From the sequence record PV611058.1: a stretch of 64,000 bases of DNA. The stretch is one strand, 5' to 3'. A program made the position numbers and the translations under genes. Under the pieces are notes generated by a model, which searched no databases, was not told the origin of the DNA, and worked only from the letters and a program-made list of their open reading frames with translations. Positions 57,288-64,000 of this stretch are shown here, one piece after another. Position 1 is the first letter of the stretch. Every line of letters starts with the position of its first letter.

Positions 57288-57518
57288 TTAATCAGTGAGT
57301 AAAATATTAAACACTTTACCATTTAACGTTATTGGTGCACTGCTACCAGGCTCAAGATCCGTTAGTATACCTGCAATCGCTTTATCATTGGCTACCTTTC
57401 CAGTGTCCAACAGAACTACAGTACTGATAAGATTAACGCTCGTTTCAATATCATAATGCACGGCGTTAAGTAGTTGTGTAGTACTGCTTTCGTTAAGTAA
57501 AACAATTCGCTTAGTCAT
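57288..57518 (-). CDS. small hypothetical protein
   Basis: GGGG RBS. Confidence 0.65.
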   Translation of the reverse strand: MTKRIVLLNESSTTQLLNAVHYDIETSVNLISTVVLLDTGKVANDKAIAGILTDLEPGSSAPITLNGKVFNILLTD

Positions 57519-57539
57519 GATGTTACCCCGTAGTATCTA

Positions 57540-57839
57540 TCAACGGCAATTAATAACGCCGGTATGCGTTACTTTCTCAGTATCCATTACAGTGACCGAA
57601 CCGCGTTTAGTACTGGCATCATAATAAATTGTTGTGCTACCGTTTTCGTCTTCTTCATGGAACGGGCCGTTTTTAAATGCTTCCGGCTGGATCTCTAAAT
57701 CCTTTAATACAATCTCGCCAGTTCTTTCATCGGTCATTGCAACAGTGCACTGAATGAATTTTTCACTACTTACATCTAATGACGCATTAACAGCGAAAGA
57801 GGAAACAGATAAAGCCAGGGCGATGATTGCAATTTTCAT
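57540..57839 (-). CDS. putative exported protein
   Basis: signal-peptide-like MKIAIIALALSVSSFAVNA; two Cys. Confidence 0.7.
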   Translation of the reverse strand: MKIAIIALALSVSSFAVNASLDVSSEKFIQCTVAMTDERTGEIVLKDLEIQPEAFKNGPFHEEDENGSTTIYYDASTKRGSVTVMDTEKVTHTGVINCR

Positions 57840-57923
57840 TTGATTATCCTTAGTTACCAGGGGGAACCGCTCCCCCTTGCGATGTAAAATATTATACAGT
57901 ACTAAAAACTAATTGCAAGTACT

Positions 57924-58160
57924 TTATGATTTTTTATAAAACATTTCAGCAGTGATATTTTTACCCGTTGGCTGTACTTTATCCAGAATTTTTTGATGTC
58001 CAGGGCGACCAAATGAATATGATCCGTAAACCGTAAACCAGTAGTTGCCATCAGTGTTTACATGTACAGCACAATAGGGTACGCCCCGCGATTCATCACT
58101 AGTAAAGTGTGATACAGTTCCCGTTACATTCGCAGACGTTGATTTGATTTGTTCGAGCAT
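57924..58160 (-). CDS. small hypothetical protein
   Basis: own cassette, AAGGA RBS. Confidence 0.7.
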   Translation of the reverse strand: MLEQIKSTSANVTGTVSHFTSDESRGVPYCAVHVNTDGNYWFTVYGSYSFGRPGHQKILDKVQPTGKNITAEMFYKKS

Positions 58161-58269
58161 TTTCTTATTCCTTAGTTACCAGGGGAACCGCTCCCCCTAT
58201 GCAAAACATTATACGCGTTTAAAAACTAATTGCAAGTATTTTAATAAAAAGTATTTGAAAAAATAGTTG

Positions 58270-58352
58270 TTGACAAGTGCATCCAGTACTGGCATAATTA
58301 CTACATCAAGACGAAACAGTCACTAACCCACCGGGTGCCGAGATCCGTCTAT
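58270..58352 (+). ncRNA. family-1 two-hairpin RNA element (plus strand)
   Basis: TTGACA-N17-CATAAT; GAC-GAAACA-GTC-ACTA-ACCC-ACC-GGGT-GC; faces the bidirectional hairpin at 58377-58402. Confidence 0.6.
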
Positions 58353-58404
58353 TAAATGATTCAGTACTGAAAAAGTAACGGGGAGTTATTATCTCCCCGC
58401 GTTG

Positions 58405-58626
58405 TTATTTTGTAAGGTATAAACAGAAGTCGCCTTTATTTGCTACGCCGCCAGTGTAACGCGATGAATAGTTAGAAACGTCCTGGACTTCTGCTATTAC
58501 CAGGGTATCATCATTCAATTCGTCGCAGAAGCAAACGGCTGGATCTTGTACGCCGATTTTGTCAGCATGTTCCCGCATAGATTTCACCAGTGCTTCCAGT
58601 TGGGAAAGAGTAGTGATATTAGCCAT
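58405..58626 (-). CDS. small hypothetical protein
   Basis: start moved to MANIT (GAGGA RBS). Confidence 0.65.
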   Translation of the reverse strand: MANITTLSQLEALVKSMREHADKIGVQDPAVCFCDELNDDTLVIAEVQDVSNYSSRYTGGVANKGDFCLYLTK

Positions 58627-58710
58627 TGTATTTTCCTCATTACCAGGGAGAACCATTTCTCCCTTTGATGTAAACCATTATACAGTACTGAAAACTAATT
58701 GCAAGTACTT

Positions 58711-58899
58711 TTAATTAAATTCCATAAAATCATTTTCAACGTGCACAACAATCTGATTATTTTTAAAGGACGCAGAAAACTCTATACAATCATAAACCGC
58801 TTTTTCTGTTACCAGACTATGAGCACCAATCGGATTAATTGGGGATTGAATTGTTTCAATCTCGTTACCTTGTTCATTAACGATTAAAATATTAAACAT
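58711..58899 (-). CDS. small hypothetical protein
   Basis: AGGAG RBS. Confidence 0.65.
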   Translation of the reverse strand: MFNILIVNEQGNEIETIQSPINPIGAHSLVTEKAVYDCIEFSASFKNNQIVVHVENDFMEFN

Positions 58900-58938
58900 T
58901 GCCGTTACTCCTGGATAGTGTTAACTCGATATAAAGTA

Positions 58939-59121
58939 TTATACGCCTTTATTGCTTAGTGTCCAGTGATCACGCATCATACGCCCCGCACGATCCCAGC
59001 TAGTAGGCATGGGTATGCCTTGCAATTCGTTAGGGGAGATCTCGACCTCGATCCCTACATCAATAACAGTCATTCCAGCTTTCGCAGCTTGCTCGCGGAT
59101 AACCTCAGATAATGTTGTCAT
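58939..59121 (-). CDS. small hypothetical protein
   Basis: own promoter, AGGAG RBS. Confidence 0.65.
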   Translation of the reverse strand: MTTLSEVIREQAAKAGMTVIDVGIEVEISPNELQGIPMPTSWDRAGRMMRDHWTLSNKGV

Positions 59122-59195
59122 GATTAAAGCTCCTGGATAGTGTTAACTCGATATAAAGTATTATACAGTACTGAAAACTAATTGCAAGTACTTTT

Positions 59196-59456
59196 TCAAT
59201 ATTGTTTGTCGTTGTCTTCCTCGATGAATTGACCGACGAAATGATCTACTTTCGCTTTGAGGCTTTTATAATCTTCTTCTACTTCCTTTAAACGTTCCTG
59301 GTAGTATTCCAGGGCTTGAATATACGCCGCCTCAGCAGTTTTTGCACGCATAGCTAAATTCATTCCACGCGTTTCATCAAATAGCCAATAACCATCGGTG
59401 CAATGACTGATAGATAATGATTTACTTAGTACTGTATAGGCAATTACTTTACTCAT
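59196..59456 (-). CDS. small phage hypothetical protein
   Basis: GAGGG RBS; C-terminal coiled coil. Confidence 0.7.
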   Translation of the reverse strand: MSKVIAYTVLSKSLSISHCTDGYWLFDETRGMNLAMRAKTAEAAYIQALEYYQERLKEVEEDYKSLKAKVDHFVGQFIEEDNDKQY

Positions 59457-59513
59457 TAGATAACCCTCAGTAAAGGCGGGAACTATTACCCGCCATTATC
59501 TCAGTACTGAATA

Positions 59514-59753
59514 TTACATTCCAACCATTGCAGCACGGATCGCAGTAGTGCTATACTTAAAGCCGTCCGGCGTTGTAGTAGTACCGTTGGCTTTTAATCT
59601 GCGGTACATACATTCCGCAGCAATATCTTTAGTTCTACTTTGTGCGATGCAACTTTGAGCAAGCCGATACAATGACTCACCGTTATTAATCCAAAGGCTT
59701 ACATTCCAATGAGTTTTGTTTTTGTGTCCGTTGTAAGTTTTAGTACTAGCCAT
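59514..59753 (-). CDS. hypothetical protein (HWNVSLWINN motif; paralogue of 61566..61805)
   Basis: HKNKTHWNVSLWINN and PDGFKYSTTAIRAAMVGM shared; start moved to MASTK. Confidence 0.75.
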   Translation of the reverse strand: MASTKTYNGHKNKTHWNVSLWINNGESLYRLAQSCIAQSRTKDIAAECMYRRLKANGTTTTPDGFKYSTTAIRAAMVGM

Positions 59754-59843
59754 TTTTAAATCCTCGTTTGAGCGGGGAACCACTCCCCGCCTCGATATAA
59801 AGTATTATACGCTTTTAAACTTAGTTTGCAAGTACTTTTTAAA

Positions 59844-60455
59844 TTAATATTCGATTGATTCTACTACGCCATCAATAACATTGAATTGATACTCGTTACC
59901 CTCAATCAGTGCCGTAATGTTTTCAGTAGTGAATTGATCCTCATATGCATTCTCTAAATCACGGTACAACTTGCGGGACAATTCACGAATAGTTTCAGTG
60001 AGTAGTTCCTCAAGCTCATTAACTAACTTTTCTTGTTTTGCGGTTAAATCAGTGTAAGCCGATTCAATGTACCCGCTTACCGTGTTTTCGTGTGCGTAGC
60101 GAGAGTGTGAACGTTCTACACTCATTGCCAAATCATCTTCATTCAACAAGTGACGGATAGAACGATATTTCGTTAACGCTTTAATCTTGCGTAAAAACTT
60201 CACTGCGTCCACGTTGTCAGTACTGATTGATGCACCGTCACCTTGCGACCAAAAACCACTGTATTGCAATTCAGCTTCATCTATGCCGTATTCTGGTAGT
60301 ACTGTTTCTTTATAGTACTCGATAACGCCCTCAGCAAAGAAATTATCCTCACATGAACGCTCACGATCCCGAACCAGTTCGATAGCCGCCGTTTTTTGTT
60401 CTGCGTTCAGTTCAGAAAAAGCCATAACAAAAGTAGTAGTAGTGATAGTTTTCAT
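59844..60455 (-). CDS. conserved hypothetical protein (YSGFWSQGDGAS motif)
   Basis: motif recurrent in phage/plasmid proteins, from memory often labelled antitoxin-like; function not established here. Confidence 0.7.
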   Translation of the reverse strand: MKTITTTTFVMAFSELNAEQKTAAIELVRDRERSCEDNFFAEGVIEYYKETVLPEYGIDEAELQYSGFWSQGDGASISTDNVDAVKFLRKIKALTKYRSIRHLLNEDDLAMSVERSHSRYAHENTVSGYIESAYTDLTAKQEKLVNELEELLTETIRELSRKLYRDLENAYEDQFTTENITALIEGNEYQFNVIDGVVESIEY

Positions 60456-60523
60456 TTTGTAACCCTCATTCAGTAGTTGATGTAAGTATTATACGCTTTT
60501 ACTTTCTATTGTCAAACTATTTT

Positions 60524-60600
60524 ATCAGGGGAGTTTTTCGTGTGCCTTACTCCTGGGCTACTTAACGGGAAGTTACTTATTTCGTTCCCCGTCCTGATGT
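60524..60600 (-). ncRNA. family-2 structured RNA element
   Basis: near-copy of 48769..48843 with loop AAGGCACACGAAAA; own promoter. Confidence 0.55.
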
Positions 60601-60680
60601 AAAACATTATACGCCTTTAAACATAGTTAGCAAGTACTTTTTAAAAATAGTTTTCAGTACTGAATAGTAAAAAAAAAGTA

Positions 60681-60765
60681 TTGACAGCATTATCAAGTAC
60701 TGGCATAATAGCTACATAAAGACGAGAAAGTCACTAACCCACCGGGTGCATAACTGTAACTATAC
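60681..60765 (+). ncRNA. family-1 two-hairpin RNA element (plus strand)
   Basis: TTGACA-N17-CATAAT; GAC-GAGAAA-GTC-ACTA-ACCC-ACC-GGGT-GC. Confidence 0.6.
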
Positions 60766-60780
60766 TAAACTACTTTTTCT

Positions 60781-60860
60781 ATAGATACATCTCCGCACCC
60801 TATGGGCTACGGCTTATCTGCCAATGAATACATTATGCCAGTACTGACAAAATAAGTCAA
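60781..60860 (-). ncRNA. family-1 two-hairpin RNA element
   Basis: TTGACT-N17-CATAAT; GGC-AGATAA-GCC-GTA-GCCC-ATA-GGGT-GC-GGAGATGTATCTA. Confidence 0.6.
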
Positions 60861-60894
60861 TACCGGCAATTGTAAATTTTTCAAAAAAATATGA

Positions 60895-61125
60895 TTATAC
60901 TGCAATCGCGTCCAGGCTGTAATAATAATAAGTGCCGTATTGGTGTACTTTATTACCTTTTATTTCAGTACTGAATGAATCCGAACGATTTGCATATGAT
61001 GTTAATTTAAAGTACTTTGATTTGCTGATACGTTGCCATACACCACAGATCCGCTGTAAGTAAGTAGTTTTATTCGTGGTAGTATCTTTTACGGTTTTAA
61101 CTTCAGTCATATACATATTAGTCAT
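60895..61125 (-). CDS. small hypothetical protein
   Basis: own cassette, GGAG RBS. Confidence 0.7.
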   Translation of the reverse strand: MTNMYMTEVKTVKDTTTNKTTYLQRICGVWQRISKSKYFKLTSYANRSDSFSTEIKGNKVHQYGTYYYYSLDAIAV

Positions 61126-61212
61126 TTTTATTACTCCAGGTTATAGGCGGGAAGAGTTCCCGCTCTCGATGTAAAACATTATACGCCTTTAAACATAGTT
61201 AGCAAGTACTTT

Positions 61213-61479
61213 TTATTCAAGTACTGCAATCTTTTTAGTACGGTACACGGTCACGCGGTTGCCCTTTCGGTCGAGCTTTATTTCTACCACTCGACGCGAT
61301 ACACTATCGGGACTTTTTAAGGCCGCTAACCAGTACTGTAATGATCTGGCGGTACTACGCTTTACAATGGCCCAACGTTTACCACGTTCCGATTGTACGC
61401 CCATATCTTTAAACGTTGCCCCGTCCTGGCGTGCGGCGATCCGAGCTTGTTCACGCGTCGCAAAATACTTAATATTCAT
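61213..61479 (-). CDS. hypothetical protein (paralogue of 47253..47648)
   Basis: FATREQAR...FKDMG...GKRWAI; DRKGNRVTVY; start moved to MNIKY. Confidence 0.7.
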   Translation of the reverse strand: MNIKYFATREQARIAARQDGATFKDMGVQSERGKRWAIVKRSTARSLQYWLAALKSPDSVSRRVVEIKLDRKGNRVTVYRTKKIAVLE

Positions 61480-61565
61480 GCTGTTGCCCTTATCGTTGGT
61501 GTATGAATAAAACACTATTATAAAGTACTATCGCAAAAAAATGATAGTACTTTAAATAAATTCTA

Positions 61566-61805
61566 TTACATTCCAACCATCGCCGCACGGATCGCAGTAG
61601 TGCTATATTTGAATCCGTCCGGTGTTTTATCTTGTCCAGTCTGTTCTAAAAATAACATCATATGACGGGCCGCATCATTGCGATTAGTATTGGCGGCAAT
61701 AAAGTCCAGGGCCAACCGATACAATCCCTCATCGTTATTAATCCACAGGCTTACATTCCAATGAGTTTTGTTTTTGTGACCTAAGAACATTTTTGATTTA
61801 GCCAT
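61566..61805 (-). CDS. hypothetical protein (paralogue of 59514..59753)
   Basis: HKNKTHWNVSLWINNDEGLY; start moved to MAKSK (GAGGA RBS). Confidence 0.75.
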   Translation of the reverse strand: MAKSKMFLGHKNKTHWNVSLWINNDEGLYRLALDFIAANTNRNDAARHMMLFLEQTGQDKTPDGFKYSTTAIRAAMVGM

Positions 61806-61897
61806 TTTTTTAATCCTCTTATATAGTGGGGAACTATTCCCCACCTGATGTAAAACATTATACGCTTTTATTCAGTACTGTCAAACTAATTTTTAAC

Positions 61898-62260
61898 TTA
61901 TTCGTAAATTTTGCCACTGTCAGCCCATACCAGGAAACGAGGCATATTATCCCATGCATCTTGTTTTAAATTTAAACCGTGTAATACTTCTGTACTTTCC
62001 ATTCCTGGTACTGGTTTACTATACACCGCGAAATTTTCGCCCATATACTGATAAGCCATCGTCAAATCACTGGCGATCATCTTATGGATCATCGCATCAA
62101 GCATCACGGTGGCGGCGTATTGTTCACGCTTAAGCGGCAGCATTTTAATCAGTTCGCGGTATGCGTCAATGTGAGTTTTAACCGTTGCCGCCGGAAGATC
62201 TTTCATATCGTCGCGGAAGTTAACCAGGTTAGCAATGATTTTAGTGATTTGAGTCGCCAT
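61898..62260 (-). CDS. hypothetical protein
   Basis: own cassette. Confidence 0.7.
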   Translation of the reverse strand: MATQITKIIANLVNFRDDMKDLPAATVKTHIDAYRELIKMLPLKREQYAATVMLDAMIHKMIASDLTMAYQYMGENFAVYSKPVPGMESTEVLHGLNLKQDAWDNMPRFLVWADSGKIYE

Positions 62261-62374
62261 CGTTTTAATCTCTTAAAAGTGAGTAGGGAAGTGTTCCCGC
62301 TCTCGATGTAAAACATTATACGCTTTTTTCAGTACTGTGCAAGTACTTTCTACAAATACTTTTAAAATAGTTTT

Positions 62375-62466
62375 CTTTCTATATAGGAGTACTATTATTC
62401 AGTACTGAATCAATCCAGGGGAACTATCTTTCTATATAGGAGTACTATTATTCAGTACTGAATCAA
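62375..62466 (+). repeat. 39-bp direct repeat (2 copies), each with two AGTACT
   Basis: CTTTCTATATAGGAGTACTATTATTCAGTACTGAATCAA at 62375-62413 and 62428-62466. Confidence 0.9.
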
Positions 62467-62618
62467 CCAAATCACTACTACACCCCATAAAACGGCCTCA
62501 GACGCATTCTAACGCATTAATACACCTAAGCTATACATTTGCACCATTCTAATCATTCCAGGGCGTTACGGGCCGTTTAAACGCGTTGAATTATTTTCAA
62601 TTATTTTGTTTTTAGGTA

Positions 62619-62702
62619 TTGACTTGATCCTGAAAAAGCGTATAATTACTACATAGACGCGAGAAAGCGGATACCCCAGGGGGTGCGGAATTGTGCCCAA
62701 AA
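62619..62702 (+). ncRNA. family-1 RNA element (variant)
   Basis: TTGACT-N16-TATAAT; CGC-GAGAAA-GCG-GAT-ACCC-CAGG-GGGT-GC. Confidence 0.5.
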
Positions 62703-62834
62703 TTCAAGATATAAAAAAAGGATACACTCCCGCACCCTAGCAGGTAAACGCACTTTCTCAGTACTGAAATATAGTACCATAGTCCGGCCCAGGATAGCAA
62801 GCAAATTAATTAAAACTTTTTTGCTTCCAGGGTA

Positions 62835-62918
62835 TTGCTTTATTTTTTCAGTACTGTATAATAGTTCCATCAAGTCGAGAAAGACTCAAGCCCACCGGGT
62901 GCATAGTTACGCCCAAAA
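62835..62918 (+). ncRNA. family-1 RNA element
   Basis: TTGCTT-N16-TATAAT; AGTC-GAGAAA-GACT-CAA-GCCC-ACC-GGGT-GC. Confidence 0.55.
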
Positions 62919-63084
62919 TTCAGTACTGAAAAAATTTTTAAAAATATCCGGCCAGGCCGTTGACATTGCCCCCAGTTTATAAGATAATGATTCCAGATTC
63001 AGAAAAATCTAACACCAGATACTGCGGGGAAACTATCCCCACGCGGTAGGGGAACTATTGGAAAAAACAAAATAAAATTTTGAT

Positions 63085-63200
63085 TTAGCCGTCTATACTT
63101 CCAGACGTGTAACCATCTAGCCGTTTAGCCGTCCAAACGTCTAGCCATCCAGCCATCCAGAAATCTAGCCGTTTAGCCGTCTAGATGGATAGCCATCTTT
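63085..63200 (+). repeat. cluster of iterated (T/C)AGCC(G/A)T heptamers
   Basis: about eight TAGCCGT/TAGCCAT/CAGCCAT units, including TCTAGCCGTTTAGCCGTC twice. Confidence 0.8.
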
Positions 63201-63607
63201 ACTTCCAGACTTCTGGAGGGCTAGACATATCTACGCCCAAAATCCATCCAGGGTAACTACACCCAAAATCCGTCAGTACTATACCATAGATCTATCTTTT
63301 GAAAGGGAGTATTCAGTACTGCCATCATAGCCCTCACTATGTTACCCTAGGAGGATGAAGACCATCATGTAGTACTGAATACTGTTAGAGGGAATCCACC
63401 AGCACAAGCTGGTGGCATAATGCTTTAGATTAAAATCAGTACTGACACCATTCTGTTAATATCAGTACTGTTATTACGATTTTCATATGAGGTTCAAAAA
63501 GATGTACCACCACAGGAGGAACTATCTTTTCTGTACTGTCTCACGACAGGAGGTAGAGTAAATGAATTGTTCGCAGCAACTCATCACCCCTTGAAGCTAT
63601 GTAGAAC

Positions 63608-63635
63608 ATTATACAGTACTGAATCATAAAGTCAA
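63608..63635 (-). promoter_or_regulatory. sigma70-type promoter with CAGTACTG in spacer
   Basis: TTGACT-TTATGATTCAGTACTG-TATAAT. Confidence 0.6.
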
Positions 63636-64000
63636 TAACTTTCTTTCATCTTTCAGTACTGATATTCTTGAGAACTACCCGACTACAAACATCATTATAT
63701 CCCACAAATCATAAACGTCCCAACGTAAATTTCAACTTTCGAAGATCCAACTTTTATTTCATAAGTACTCCAAAATTTTTAGGATCGAGATTTAGGATGG
63801 AGTACTAACCAACTTTTTGCTGGAGCCTCAAGGGGTAATTGAATTTTACCCCGAAGGGTAAAAGGGTAATTGAAATTAAGGTGAAAGTAATAATTCAGTA
63901 CTAATCATTGCGTGATTACTTTTGATTACATTTGATGTAATTTGCAAAATGGAAAAGGAGCTTGGAAACTACAAAGTACGGCAGACTTCCTCTGCCTACT

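Larger units (their letters stand above)
41640..62350 (-). promoter_or_regulatory. about 40 repeated early-promoter cassettes (promoter + 5' hairpin + RBS)
   Basis: consensus AAAAGTAC-TTGCA(T/A) or TTGACA-N16/17-TATAAT-GTTTTACATC(G/A)AG-GGGGAA-n4-TTC(T/C)CC; copies near 42345, 42775, 43220, 43865, 44190, 44745, 45245, 45550, 48090, 48360, 49355, 49650, 50270, 52375, 52810, 53360, 53955, 54185, 55990, 56305, 57860, 58180, 58645, 59770, 61145, 61825, 62285; hairpin-less variants near 43575, 46350, 46630, 46905, 47695, 48725, 50710, 51830, 52095, 55485, 55775, 58930, 59150, 60480. Confidence 0.85.

Noticed and set aside
41928-61844. Recurring N-terminal peptides such as MYNVLHREG, MFYIERG, MTVLKCFS in ORF-track calls
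   Set aside because: They are translations of the promoter cassette itself; RBS-supported ATGs lie downstream, so they are not a protein family.
42345-62310. Leader hairpins (GCGGGGAAC.../GTTCCCCGC) resembling type I-E CRISPR repeats
   Set aside because: Arm order is reversed relative to the I-E repeat (G-arm first), loops and handles do not match, and the hairpins are fixed parts of promoter-RBS cassettes.
62612-62873. Minus-strand ORFs 62612..62800 and 62649..62873
   Set aside because: They lie across promoter and family-1 elements, lack RBS and have non-phage-like composition.
858-62982. Plus-strand ORFs of 60-136 aa in the ORF track
   Set aside because: All overlap minus-strand genes or regulatory repeats in antisense, lack RBS and show no recognisable motifs; treated as shadow ORFs.
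1-64000. Prophage, integron or transposon interpretation of the cassette region
   Set aside because: No integrase, transposase, attC-like sites or host genes are visible; the layout fits a lytic jumbo-phage early region.

Overview
This is an AT-rich (roughly one-third GC by eye) segment of a large lytic phage genome. It resembles the RaK2/GAP32/CBB-like enterobacterial jumbo myoviruses; that assignment is inference from gene content and layout. Nearly all genes lie on the minus strand. I found no structural, replication, integrase, transposase, reverse-transcriptase, tRNA or CRISPR sequence. There are four zones. (1) 0.1-5.9 kb: a cytidylyltransferase-like gene, a phage N6-adenine methyltransferase, hypothetical genes, and a ~0.5 kb ORF-poor structured region that may be an ncRNA. 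(2) 5.9-35 kb: about 55 divergent paralogues sharing a short (S/T)EExxFQxSxxxD motif near the C-terminus. (3) 35-41.4 kb: 29 consecutive ~70-90 aa paralogues with an LGTNYQE motif. (4) 41.6-64 kb: a probable pre-early/host-takeover block built from about 40 sigma70-type promoter cassettes. It carries small genes (Ser/Thr kinase-like, GNAT, TraR/DksA-like, H-NS-like), two families of promoter-driven ORF-free structured RNA elements with compensatory base changes, and iterated repeats at the right end. Across all zones the palindrome AGTACT is strongly over-represented and sits at fixed positions in the promoters. It is replaced by the one-base variant TGTACT over 24.9-33.2 kb and is absent over 35.7-41.6 kb. 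All counts are by eye. CDS coordinates follow the ORF track except where I moved a start to the RBS-supported ATG. There is an N gap at 25074-25150.
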